Program-made: the position numbers and the translations under genes
Virus record (IMG/VR): IMGVR_UViG_3300045988_082442
Coordinates: 96,001-160,000 of that record
Length of the DNA: 64,000 nt
Direction: 5' to 3' (one strand)
Source of the DNA: a virus
The notes under the pieces: generated by a model
What the model was told of the DNA's origin: nothing
Seen by the model: the letters and a program-made list of their open reading frames with translations, nothing else
The model's database searches: none
Shown: positions 8,534-18,204 of the stretch, one piece after another
How the letters are laid out: each line of letters opens with the position of its first letter
How positions within the stretch are numbered: position 1 is the first letter of the stretch

Positions 8534-8953
8534 ATGGATAACTTAAATCAAATAATCAATGCAATAATGCCTTATGTAGTTACAATAGTTACAGCCATAT
8601 TTGCTTATTTAGCAGTAAGAATAAAAACAAAACTAGAAGAAAAATTAAATACACAAGCAAAGAAAGAAGTAGCAGAAGCAACAGTAAACTATATTCAACA
8701 AGTATATTCTACATTAGATGGTAAAGGGAAATTACAAAAAGCATTAGAAACAGCAACTGAATGGCTAGAATCAAAAGGCATAAAAGTATCAGAAGCTGAA
8801 ATGACAATATTAATAGAAGCAGCAATTAAAGGTGCAAAAGAAGGATGGGCTACACAAAAAATTGCTGAGAATGATTTAATTATATCATCTGCACAGGTAC
8901 AAGCATTAGAAACAGAAACAACAGAATCAGAAACAACAGAAGAAACAAAATAA
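8534..8953 (+). CDS. putative holin (LL-H-like layout)
   Basis: 139 aa, single N-terminal TM IMPYVVTIVTAIFAYLAV, charged C-terminal tail; immediately downstream of the endolysin. Confidence 0.6.
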   Translation: MDNLNQIINAIMPYVVTIVTAIFAYLAVRIKTKLEEKLNTQAKKEVAEATVNYIQQVYSTLDGKGKLQKALETATEWLESKGIKVSEAEMTILIEAAIKGAKEGWATQKIAENDLIISSAQVQALETETTESETTEETK

Positions 8954-8967
8954 TATAAAATAAAGAT

Positions 8968-9000
8968 AAGATGGTTGTTATGACCATCTTATTTAGTTTT
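8968..9000 (+). terminator. intrinsic terminator
   Basis: AAGATGGT-tgttatg-ACCATCTT followed by a T-rich tract. Confidence 0.7.
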
Positions 9001-9004
9001 CTGG

Positions 9005-9019
9005 GTAAAATATTAATGA
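9005..9019 (+). promoter_or_regulatory. class-2 (late-type) motif GTAAAATATTAATGA
   Basis: Exact 15-mer, 31 nt upstream of a class-1 promoter. Confidence 0.5.
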
Positions 9020-9041
9020 TGATAGGTTTATAAAAATACAT

Positions 9042-9078
9042 AAAAATGCTTGACAGAATTTAAAACTTATAATAAAAT
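9042..9078 (+). promoter_or_regulatory. class-1 conserved phage promoter copy
   Basis: AAAAATGCTTGACAGAATTTAAAACTTATAA then TAAAAT. Confidence 0.7.
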
Positions 9079-9118
9079 ACATAAAGTAAAAAGAAATAAG
9101 AGGTTAGGAGGATTTATA

Positions 9119-12100
9119 ATGGATATTGGAAACGGAAAACCATTACATGAGATTATGGCATCTATATTAGGTGGAAACAAAGAAGATAATATTATTGGAA
9201 AACAAAATACAACAATGAAAGTAGATAAAGAAGTAAAGAAACCAGAAGAGGAAAAAGTAGATACAGCTGATATAATAAAATCAGCACCTACAAGACCAGA
9301 CCCAAATAAAGAAGAACAAGATGTTGATGGAGTAGCAGACGGAATATTAGTAGTAACAGACCCAGAGATAACAAGCGAGGAGTTTGAAGAAGTAGCAGAT
9401 GAATTACAAGGAATAGTAGATAATTCAGAAGCAGGAGAATTACCATATACAGATAAATATAAAGGTGACTATATATTATCTTGTCCGATATGTGGTGGAA
9501 CATTTGTAAGTGAGACATTATTAGATAGTGGAGAGGATACTTGCCCAATATGTTGTAAAATACCAGACGCATTTGTAGTAAGTGGCAGAATAGAGGGAGA
9601 AGAATCAGCAGATAGCCATGAAGATATACAAGATGATATAGACAATGAAGAAAATTTAGAAGAACCAGCAGAGGGGGAAGAAGAGCTACAAGAAGTAGAA
9701 CCAGAAATGGAAGAACCAGTAGAGGAAGAAGAACCAAATAAAAAAGAGAGTGTAAATATGGAAGGTAACAAATTAGAGGAAACAAAGAAACTACAAGAAG
9801 ATGAATATGATGATTATATAGAAAATGAGAAAGCATTAGCAAAAGAGTATAGCGAAAGAGTAAAAGGAAATATAACACAAGAAGCAAGAACAGCTTTCTA
9901 TGATTTAAAGGATATATTAGATACTGAAAGCAATGATACATCTGTAGATGGTTTCTATTTCCCATCAAAGGCAGTTGCAGTAATTGAAAATTCAAAAGCA
10001 CAATATCATCTAAATGGAAATATGGACTTAACAGTTGCAAATATATTAAATATGGTTGATGATAATGATTCAATAGAAGAAGCTATTGATGAATTATTTA
10101 CAGACTATAAAGCTGATAGTGCATTTAGTTGGGCAGACAATTTTATATCAATATTAGGTAAATTAAGTTTTGATTTAATTGAAGATGAAGATTGGGAAAT
10201 TTATGATTGGAATTATAAAGAAGATAGTGATGGGGATATAATTGAAGGTGCAGGTAAAATTGGTAATCAAGAATTTGTATTTGAAGCATCAAGAGAAGAT
10301 AATATGATAGATTTCTACGATTTTGAATCAGGAGAAACACTAGATATAACTGATGATGAATTATGCAACTATATTCTAGACCTACTTAATGGACTAGAAG
10401 AAAGTAAAAAGGTTGAAGGAGATTTATCAAAAGACCTTTATGGTGCTGAAGCAGATAAAAGAACATATAATAGATTACAAAACCTAGATATATACCTAGA
10501 AGAATATGAACAAGCTGTTGCAGATAAAGATGAAAGTAGAATTGAAACAGCAAAATCAAAAATAATGGGAAATATAGGATACTTAATTCCAGCATTAAAT
10601 ATAAAAGGTGGTGCTAAAGGACTAGTAGAATATATAAAGAACACAGAATTTGATTTTGAAAATAAATTTAAGGAAACAATTAATACTTTAAATCAATTTG
10701 CAGAAGAGTACAGAAAAGAATACGAAGAAAGTAAAAAAGTAACAGAAGATGCAGACGATTATGATGAAGAAAGTCAACAAATGTTTGATAAAGATACAGA
10801 TTTAATTAATGGATATTGCCAACAACTTCATAAACTATGCAAGGAAGCAGTTAATAACTTAAATACAAGTAACGATATACCAAGAATGAGTAAGGCATTT
10901 ATTGAAATTATACAAATGTATGCAGCTCAATTAGGTATGCCATTTAAAGCAACACTAGATATGTCAAATGGAACTGTTGTATTGGGTGAAAGTAAAAAAG
11001 TTGAAGGGAAGAAACTAACAGAAGAATATTATGAAGATGGTATCTATGCAGAAATAGAAGATGCATTAAGAGATGCTGGTTTTGATATTCAAAGATATTC
11101 TGATGCTGGTGTACTTACAAGAAACTTAGGCTGGATAGTTTATAATGAAAATGGAGAAAGAGCTGACTTATCTTGTGATGGAACCTACTTAGATGAGAAT
11201 AAAAAACTAACAGAAGGTGCAGATACAAGAGAAGCAACAGAAATATTTATAAATGGTTTAGACAAAGCAGTAAATACACAATCAATAGTAAATGCAGAAT
11301 GTATGGACGAGTTTTTCCAAAATGCAAAAGGAATATTGATGGAAGTTGCAGAAAACTATGATGACTATAAAGATACTCAAAGAGCAAGTTCATTAACAGA
11401 AAGTAAAGACCCAACATATATAGTATGTTCATACTATGATGAAAAACTACATGGACTAGAAGATGAATTAAAAACAGATGACTGGTCAGAAGTAGAAGAT
11501 TTTGCACATAGAAAACTAATGCAAGGAAATATGTTAGAAATAGAAAATACCAAAACAGGTAAGTATAGAAGAATAAACCCAGATGAATATGATGAAACAT
11601 TTGATGGGGAATTTATAGTAAGACCAGAAGAATTAGATGAAGCTAAAAAAGTAGAAGAGCTTATAAACAATATGTATGATTTCAATAAGGTAGAAGAAAG
11701 TAAAGAAAAGAAAGAAGAAGCAAGAGTACACAGAGTATTAAATAAAGGTGATAGATTTCAAAATAAAAATGGTGTAATAGCAACAATAATAGATGTTGAT
11801 AACGAACATTTATTAGACGGTCAACCACAAGTAACATATAAGTTTAATGATGGGGCAGCAAAATGTTACCCAATGAATAGTGTTAATGATATGCTAAATG
11901 ATTGTGGATATACTAAAATGGAAGAAAGTGAAAAAAGAACAGTAAAGACAGAATCAAGAGATAGAGTAGCAGAAAAACTACCTAGATTTATATATAATTT
12001 AACAAGTGATGCTGATGTAAAAGCATTTGGGGAATCAGCTTGGAGTGCAAATGAACCAACATCAAATGGTTTAGGAATAGTAGTATATGAAGTATATAGA

Positions 12101-13306
12101 AATGGTAAATCTACATTTACATCAAAAGATATAGCAGATGCTGTAATAAAAGAGTTTCCAGAATTAAGAGTATATGGTTGGGTATATAATGATAAAGGTG
12201 TAGTATTTACAAAGAAAGATACTAAAAAAGATGAACCAGAAAAAGTTGAAGAAAAGAAACCATTAGAAAAAGGACCATCTGGTGTGTTTGAAGATGCAGA
12301 TGCAAAATCATTTATAAGAGATATAGCAAACGCAGTAGGAAAGGCAAAAGAAGAAGCAAAAGGAGCTTCAATAGAAATGCCAACAACATGGGAACTAATG
12401 AACAATAATAGTATTATAGTATATGAGTTACCAATTAAATTTACAGGTGATGTAATAGGTTTAGGAGAAGAAATAGCAAAACAATTATATAATATAATTG
12501 GAAGTGCAAAAGTAACAGAAGTAAAATGTGTTCCAGAATCAACTAAAAAAGGAACAGTACTAACATTATCAGTAATAGGACCAGATATAGTAGCACAAAG
12601 TAAAGGTAAGAAAGAAGAAAAAGAAGAAGTAAATCAAGAAAAAGAAGTAAATCAAGAAAAAGAAGTAGAATCAAAGAAATTGACTGAATCAGAAGTTGTA
12701 TGGGATTCAGAACCAACTTATGTAGATAGTATAGATGACCCAGACTTTGTAGAGTGGTTTGAAAATAACAACTATGACGAATACTTAGAAGGAGAAGACG
12801 AAGAAACACAATTAAAAATAAAACAAGATTATCTTGAATCATATAACGAAGATATGAACTCAGCAGTAATGGATGACTGGCAAGAAACTATAATTCCTAA
12901 AATAGAGAATCAATTAGATACAGACGATTTAATAATTTTACAAGGTATAGCACAAACATGGAGGGGACAAGGGGAAGCTTGTAAGATTTTAAGAGGTATG
13001 GATGAATTTGAGAACTTAGTTGCAGATTATGATAATGTTAGACTTGAAGCAAACGATGAAAATGATTTAACTATTGATTTAGTACATCATGATGGAACAC
13101 ATTCTATGGCATTATATACATTTAATGATGATGTAGAAGGTGTTTACAATAAACTTATAGAATTAAATATAGATGGATTTAGTAATGATGAGTATGAAGA
13201 TTTTGATGATGCTTATTCATACTATGATGCAGCTGATTTCTTAGATTGTTTAGCAGACGGACATCAAGAAGAGATGAGAAAATTCTTAATACCAATTAAA
13301 TGGTAA
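9119..13306 (+). CDS. giant acidic multi-module protein, function unknown
   Basis: Likely start ATG 9119 (MDIGNGK) after AGGAGG; the track start at 9050 lies inside the promoter. About 1395 aa, very D/E rich, Cys4 knuckle CPICGG...CPICC, recurring ESKKVEG-like linker motif. Confidence 0.7.
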   Translation: MDIGNGKPLHEIMASILGGNKEDNIIGKQNTTMKVDKEVKKPEEEKVDTADIIKSAPTRPDPNKEEQDVDGVADGILVVTDPEITSEEFEEVADELQGIVDNSEAGELPYTDKYKGDYILSCPICGGTFVSETLLDSGEDTCPICCKIPDAFVVSGRIEGEESADSHEDIQDDIDNEENLEEPAEGEEELQEVEPEMEEPVEEEEPNKKESVNMEGNKLEETKKLQEDEYDDYIENEKALAKEYSERVKGNITQEARTAFYDLKDILDTESNDTSVDGFYFPSKAVAVIENSKAQYHLNGNMDLTVANILNMVDDNDSIEEAIDELFTDYKADSAFSWADNFISILGKLSFDLIEDEDWEIYDWNYKEDSDGDIIEGAGKIGNQEFVFEASREDNMIDFYDFESGETLDITDDELCNYILDLLNGLEESKKVEGDLSKDLYGAEADKRTYNRLQNLDIYLEEYEQAVADKDESRIETAKSKIMGNIGYLIPALNIKGGAKGLVEYIKNTEFDFENKFKETINTLNQFAEEYRKEYEESKKVTEDADDYDEESQQMFDKDTDLINGYCQQLHKLCKEAVNNLNTSNDIPRMSKAFIEIIQMYAAQLGMPFKATLDMSNGTVVLGESKKVEGKKLTEEYYEDGIYAEIEDALRDAGFDIQRYSDAGVLTRNLGWIVYNENGERADLSCDGTYLDENKKLTEGADTREATEIFINGLDKAVNTQSIVNAECMDEFFQNAKGILMEVAENYDDYKDTQRASSLTESKDPTYIVCSYYDEKLHGLEDELKTDDWSEVEDFAHRKLMQGNMLEIENTKTGKYRRINPDEYDETFDGEFIVRPEELDEAKKVEELINNMYDFNKVEESKEKKEEARVHRVLNKGDRFQNKNGVIATIIDVDNEHLLDGQPQVTYKFNDGAAKCYPMNSVNDMLNDCGYTKMEESEKRTVKTESRDRVAEKLPRFIYNLTSDADVKAFGESAWSANEPTSNGLGIVVYEVYRNGKSTFTSKDIADAVIKEFPELRVYGWVYNDKGVVFTKKDTKKDEPEKVEEKKPLEKGPSGVFEDADAKSFIRDIANAVGKAKEEAKGASIEMPTTWELMNNNSIIVYELPIKFTGDVIGLGEEIAKQLYNIIGSAKVTEVKCVPESTKKGTVLTLSVIGPDIVAQSKGKKEEKEEVNQEKEVNQEKEVESKKLTESEVVWDSEPTYVDSIDDPDFVEWFENNNYDEYLEGEDEETQLKIKQDYLESYNEDMNSAVMDDWQETIIPKIENQLDTDDLIILQGIAQTWRGQGEACKILRGMDEFENLVADYDNVRLEANDENDLTIDLVHHDGTHSMALYTFNDDVEGVYNKLIELNIDGFSNDEYEDFDDAYSYYDAADFLDCLADGHQEEMRKFLIPIKW

Positions 13307-13354
13307 TATAGATGTTATAATATATAGATGTTATAATATATAGATGTTATAATA
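13307..13354. repeat. 3 x 16-bp perfect tandem repeat TATAGATGTTATAATA
   Basis: Copies at 13307, 13323 and 13339, followed by the partial copy TATAGAGGTGATATA; each unit contains TGTTATAAT (extended -10-like). Confidence 0.9.
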
Positions 13355-13436
13355 TATAGAGGTGATATATTATGTTGAGAAGAGGAACTGTTTTCTAGGC
13401 AGGTAGTAAAACCCTGCTAGAAAGTAGGTGGACAAT

Positions 13437-13769
13437 ATGTCTAGGAGTTATAAAAGGTTTCCATTGTTTAGAGATAATCTATGGGGAAAATCAATGAAAT
13501 CAGGAAAGCAATACAGTAACAGAAAAATAAGAAGAAAGTTAAAAGATACTTCTATTGATGTTGGTAATGGCTCTGATTTTAAAAGATTTGGTTTAGATAA
13601 ATGGGATTTATACGAGTATAAATCTTATGAAACTAAACAGGATGCTATAGATAGATGGGAAGAAGACCAAGCAGAGATAGCAAATGGAGTAAACAGCTGG
13701 AAATCAAAATATAATACAACATTAGAAGAATCTTTAGTAGAATGGAAGAAGTCTTATAAATGTAAATAA
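13437..13769 (+). CDS. hypothetical basic protein
   Basis: ATG 13437 (MSRSYKRF) preceded by GTAGGTGG; sits immediately upstream of the large terminase, the position small terminases often occupy, but no motif was recognised. Confidence 0.5.
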   Translation: MSRSYKRFPLFRDNLWGKSMKSGKQYSNRKIRRKLKDTSIDVGNGSDFKRFGLDKWDLYEYKSYETKQDAIDRWEEDQAEIANGVNSWKSKYNTTLEESLVEWKKSYKCK

Positions 13770-13807
13770 GATAAGGAGGTATAGAAATATATCTCCTTTA
13801 ATTTTTT

Positions 13808-13822
13808 GTAAAATATTAATGA
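13808..13822 (+). promoter_or_regulatory. class-2 (late-type) motif GTAAAATATTAATGA
   Basis: Exact 15-mer 47 nt upstream of the terminase start. Confidence 0.55.
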
Positions 13823-13868
13823 AGAGGAATTAGTATAAATAAATATATTGAGAAGAGGTAGGTATTAT

Positions 13869-16800
13869 ATGAATGAACAATTAGACTTAATGACATCTTT
13901 ATCAATGGAAGAGTTAGAAGCAGTAAAAGAGATACTAAATGAAATATCAACAACAGGAAGTTCAGAAATGTATGATGCAATAAATTTAGCAGACTATGAA
14001 GAAATACCTGTTGACCTATGGACTTTTCTATCAAGAGATGATTTATTAGGAAAATATACAAATGGTGGTAAGGATATATATCAAACTTGGGTTAATGAGT
14101 TAAAATATGTTCATAACCCAGCAAACTTTGTAGACCAATGGGCTATTACAGGAAGTACAGGAACTGGTAAATCAACAGTTGCTACATATTCATTATGTTA
14201 TGAATTATATAAGCTTATGTGTTTAAAGAATCCAAATAGATTTTACTTAGGGGCAAATGAAACTATATGGTTTTTATTCTTTAACCTTAATTTAAAATTA
14301 GCAGAGAAGACTATGTGGGGAAAATTCCAGAAAGCATTACAAATGTCTCCTTGGTTCCTAGAAAGAGGAACAGTATCTGGAAAAACAAACTTAGTATATC
14401 AACCAAATAAAGATATAAAACTAGATATAGGTTCTACTGAGGAGCATGCTTTATCAGTAGCAGTACAATTCGCAGCAATGGATGAGATGTCTTTTGGAAG
14501 CAATGATAATGTTGAATATTTACAAACAGGAATGATGGCAATATATAATCAGTTATATCTTCGTTTATCTTCTCGTTTCTTATCAGCAGGAAGAATACAA
14601 GGTAGAATGTATCTTATATCTTCAGCTAAATCTACAAATGCTGTTTTAGAATCATTTATAAAAGATAATGAGGGACAACCAGGAATGCATGTAAGTAGAT
14701 ACAAACAGTGGGAGGTATTACCAGCATCAAAGTTTAGTGGTAAGTGGTTTAAATTAGCAGTTGGAAATGAATTATTAGAAAGTTATATAATGGGTGTAGA
14801 TGTTAGTGATGAAGATGTTAAAAATGTAGAAATGCAAGGATACCAAGTAATAGATGTACCATTAGAAATGATGAGAAGATTTGAGATGGACTTAAATAGA
14901 ACACTGATAGATACCTGTGGTATAGCAGTACAATCATCATATAAGTTTATTCCATATAGAATAATAGAACCATGTTTAGGAGATGGAATAAATCCATTTA
15001 AACAAGAGATTATAAAAACAGGTATGAAAGATAATATGCAGATAAAAGATTTCTTTGAACCAGAAATAGTACCAGAAATATTATATTCTAAAAAGTTATA
15101 TATACACTGTGACTTATCAAAATCAGGAGATATGACAGGAATAAGTTGTGTAGCAGTACTAGGATATAAGAACCAAGAAAGATATGATGCAGAAGGGAAT
15201 TTGAGTACACTAAAAGAAATGGTATTTAGGCATGTATTTAGTATAGGTCTACAATGTCCAGCAAATGATGAGTTAAGTATGATAAAAGTAAAAGACTTTA
15301 TACATTATCTAAAATATGATTTAGGGTGGAACATAGCAGGAGTAAGTTGTGATGGTTATCAGTCTTTAATGCTATTACAATCATTGAGATTAGATGGATT
15401 TACAACAAGTGAAGTATCTATGGATATTTTAAAGAATAAAGAATGTGTAGGTTATACATCTTTTAGAAATGCTTTACTAGAAAAAAGAATATATTTATTA
15501 AAGCTACATGAACTAATAAGAGAAATAACTAATCTGGAAAAGAATGAAACAACAGGTAAAATAGACCACCCACGCCAATGTCTTACTGGGGATACAAAAG
15601 TAAGAATGCTAGATGGCACTTCAAAAACAATGACAGATTTATTATTGGATTATCAAAATAATATTCCAAATTATGTATATAGTTTTAATGAGACAACACA
15701 TAAAATTGAACCAAATCTTATAAAGAAAGTTTGGCAGACAAGGTATGAAAAGTGTATATATGAAATAACATTAGATAATGATGAAATAATAAGATGCACC
15801 GAAAATCACCCATTTATGTTAAGAGATGGTCAATATATTGAAGCAAAAAATTTAAAGACTGATGATGCTTTAATGCCTTTATATACAAAATTAGCTGGAA
15901 AAGGTGGATTAAAAGATTACAGAATATATTATGAACCTATGGAGGGGAGATGGCATTTTGAACATACAAGATTTGACCCAATAAGGAAATTAAAAAGAAT
16001 CAAGGGTAATGTTACTCATCATGCAAACTATAATAAGTTGGACAATAGACCTATAAATCTAAAATATATTACAAAGGCAAAACACAGATGGATACACAAT
16101 AGACATCCAGGTAAGTATGAGAATTTGAAGAGAAGCAAGACTATTACAGAGTGGCATGCTCAAAATAAAAATAGTGTAGAGTATAAAGCAAGAAATGAAA
16201 AGTGCAGAATTGGTGTAATAAATTATTATGTAAACAATCCAGCTATCATGAATAAAAAAGTTAGTTCATTTAAAAATACAATTTCTAAACTCTCTACAGA
16301 AGAGCTTAGTAAAAAATTTGGAAAGAATAAAGGAAGACATTGGTACACTAACGGAGTTAATAATATGTTGCTATACCCAACAGATTTGGTTCCTGATGGT
16401 TATTTTAAGGGTAAGACACAAGATGGTAAATGGTACACTAATGGTGCTAAGACAATACTTGTAAAGGCAGCTGATGATATACCAGATGGATTTTATGCAG
16501 GAAGAACACTTGAATATAAAAATCACAAAGTAAAGAGCATAAGGGTTAGATATGGCTATGAAAAGGTATATGATTTAGAGGTGGAAAACAATCCCAATTT
16601 TGCTTTAGATGCTGGTGTTTTTGTGCATAATAGCACAACTATCAATAAAGAAACAGGAGAAAAGGTAAAATCAGTAGGTAAGGATATTAGTGATAGTTTA
16701 GGTGGAGCTGTATATAATGCAATATTATCAGTAAACCTAGATGAACTAGATTATTTAGACCAAAAGATATTGACTAACGATGGACAAGGAAATACTTATA

Positions 16801-17030
16801 TAAGAAGTCTATCAACAGAAAATGCAATAAATAAGAAATTTGGATTTACAGTAGATAGAATGGGTGTAGTACATCTTCAAGATACAGAAAAGAAAGAAAC
16901 AGATAAGCAAGAAGATATAAATGCAATAATAAGTGATGAAATGGAAAAATTAAAAGAACATAAGTCAACAGTAGAAACTGTAGACCCTAATAAATATTGG
17001 GGTAATAAAAGTGGAATGATTATAATATAG
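13869..17030 (+). CDS. terL: terminase large subunit, interrupted in frame by an intein
   Basis: Walker A GSTGTGKST, Walker B-like AAMDEMSF, nuclease-domain motifs HCDLSKSGD, SCDGYQS, GKDISDSLGGAVYNA; likely start ATG 13869 after AGAGGTAGG. Confidence 0.85.
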   Translation: MNEQLDLMTSLSMEELEAVKEILNEISTTGSSEMYDAINLADYEEIPVDLWTFLSRDDLLGKYTNGGKDIYQTWVNELKYVHNPANFVDQWAITGSTGTGKSTVATYSLCYELYKLMCLKNPNRFYLGANETIWFLFFNLNLKLAEKTMWGKFQKALQMSPWFLERGTVSGKTNLVYQPNKDIKLDIGSTEEHALSVAVQFAAMDEMSFGSNDNVEYLQTGMMAIYNQLYLRLSSRFLSAGRIQGRMYLISSAKSTNAVLESFIKDNEGQPGMHVSRYKQWEVLPASKFSGKWFKLAVGNELLESYIMGVDVSDEDVKNVEMQGYQVIDVPLEMMRRFEMDLNRTLIDTCGIAVQSSYKFIPYRIIEPCLGDGINPFKQEIIKTGMKDNMQIKDFFEPEIVPEILYSKKLYIHCDLSKSGDMTGISCVAVLGYKNQERYDAEGNLSTLKEMVFRHVFSIGLQCPANDELSMIKVKDFIHYLKYDLGWNIAGVSCDGYQSLMLLQSLRLDGFTTSEVSMDILKNKECVGYTSFRNALLEKRIYLLKLHELIREITNLEKNETTGKIDHPRQCLTGDTKVRMLDGTSKTMTDLLLDYQNNIPNYVYSFNETTHKIEPNLIKKVWQTRYEKCIYEITLDNDEIIRCTENHPFMLRDGQYIEAKNLKTDDALMPLYTKLAGKGGLKDYRIYYEPMEGRWHFEHTRFDPIRKLKRIKGNVTHHANYNKLDNRPINLKYITKAKHRWIHNRHPGKYENLKRSKTITEWHAQNKNSVEYKARNEKCRIGVINYYVNNPAIMNKKVSSFKNTISKLSTEELSKKFGKNKGRHWYTNGVNNMLLYPTDLVPDGYFKGKTQDGKWYTNGAKTILVKAADDIPDGFYAGRTLEYKNHKVKSIRVRYGYEKVYDLEVENNPNFALDAGVFVHNSTTINKETGEKVKSVGKDISDSLGGAVYNAILSVNLDELDYLDQKILTNDGQGNTYIRSLSTENAINKKFGFTVDRMGVVHLQDTEKKETDKQEDINAIISDEMEKLKEHKSTVETVDPNKYWGNKSGMIII
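15579..16631 (+). mobile_element. intein with HNH-type homing endonuclease insert (351 codons)
   Basis: HPRQ|CLTGDTKVRMLDG (block A, Cys1), ...YDLEVENNPNFALDAGVFVHN|S (block G, His-Asn plus Ser+1); internal THHANYNKLDNRPINLKYITKAKHRWIHN and two WYTNG repeats. Confidence 0.85.
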
Positions 17031-17033
17031 ATT

Positions 17034-17066
17034 AGAGGGGTAAACTGATACCCCTCTTTATTTTTG
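17034..17066 (+). terminator. intrinsic terminator
   Basis: AGAGGGG-taaactgata-CCCCTCT followed by TTATTTTT. Confidence 0.75.
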
Positions 17067-17081
17067 GTAAAATATTAATGA
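17067..17081 (+). promoter_or_regulatory. class-2 (late-type) motif GTAAAATATTAATGA
   Basis: Exact 15-mer directly after the terminator. Confidence 0.55.
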
Positions 17082-17099
17082 GGAGGTCGATTTTGTTTT

Positions 17100-17705
17100 A
17101 TGGGCATGTTAGTGAGAAATGACACATTAAGATTTAGGCAATATTTTAAAGAAGCTGTAAAATTGGTAGGTCTTTCAGTAGCTTATCAATGGGTAACAAA
17201 GCAAGAATATACAATACACTCAGAAAAGAACTTTGAGTATTCACAACCAATAAGAATGGATATAATATTAGATGAAAATCCAACAATAGAAACATTAAAT
17301 ACTTATGGCTGGTTATCAGAATTAGGAGATACTCTACCAATAATAGCACATATACCATTTAATACACCTAATTTAAAAGTAGGTTGTAGAATAACATTAG
17401 CAACAATAAAGGGTACAGATAGACCTAGAATATTTGAAATAACAAAGATAGGCTCTAACCTAGAATACCCAGATAGCTATACAGTAGCTTTAGCACCAGT
17501 ACTAGACCAATTTCCTCAAAGAAATCAATATACATTGGTTAATAACGAGAAAGTTAGTCAAGAAAAGAGTGAGTTCACATCAAAAGAACAAAATTCATCA
17601 TATACAACTAATACAGAGATTATAGATACAACACCAAAACAATTTATAGAGTGGGAAAACAATTATGAACTTATTAGTGATGAACCAAGTTCTTATAGTG
17701 AATAG
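17100..17705 (+). CDS. hypothetical protein (late region)
   Basis: 201-aa ORF downstream of a late motif. Confidence 0.5.
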   Translation: MGMLVRNDTLRFRQYFKEAVKLVGLSVAYQWVTKQEYTIHSEKNFEYSQPIRMDIILDENPTIETLNTYGWLSELGDTLPIIAHIPFNTPNLKVGCRITLATIKGTDRPRIFEITKIGSNLEYPDSYTVALAPVLDQFPQRNQYTLVNNEKVSQEKSEFTSKEQNSSYTTNTEIIDTTPKQFIEWENNYELISDEPSSYSE

Positions 17706-17719
17706 ATTGGAGATATAAT

Positions 17720-18193
17720 ATGTTAGTTAGAATGAGATTTGAAAACATAACTGAGGCAGAGCAGAATATGATTAGGGGGTTTTTAAATTGGTTGTGCAGT
17801 AAAATATTCATTTATCTAAACAGACCAGCAAATAGAAAAAGAATAGAAGCAAGACTAGATTATATTAAAAAAGTAAAATGGATAAACTGGGTAGGACCAA
17901 AAGATATTACTATTGATGACTTAATGAGTTCTATAAAGAAATGCTTTAAAATTAGAAAGAAGAAGGAACTTTGGGAAATATACTTTGATGATAGAGTTAT
18001 GATACCAAATACAAGGACACCTGTAACAAGATTTTTAAGATTTATGGATAGTGGGGATAATCTGGTAAAAGGAACAGGGATGATACAGTTTATCAAAAGA
18101 AAATTTACACATATACAGCTAAATAAATGGTGGGTTACTTATGTTATGTTAAAGACATCAGTTTACACATCAGGTAGAATAATATCAGATTAA
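17720..18193 (+). CDS. hypothetical protein
   Basis: 157-aa ORF; RBS GGAG upstream. Confidence 0.5.
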   Translation: MLVRMRFENITEAEQNMIRGFLNWLCSKIFIYLNRPANRKRIEARLDYIKKVKWINWVGPKDITIDDLMSSIKKCFKIRKKKELWEIYFDDRVMIPNTRTPVTRFLRFMDSGDNLVKGTGMIQFIKRKFTHIQLNKWWVTYVMLKTSVYTSGRIISD

Positions 18194-18204
18194 TAAGGAG
18201 GTAG

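Noticed and set aside
9050-9118. ORF-track N-terminal extensions beginning MTEFKTYNK / MTKFKTYNN / MTKFKTYYR at 9050, 23681 and 30399.
   Set aside because: These 'starts' are the TTG of the TTGACA -35 box of the class-1 promoter. In-frame ATG codons with good Shine-Dalgarno sequences lie downstream at 9119, 23741 and 30456.
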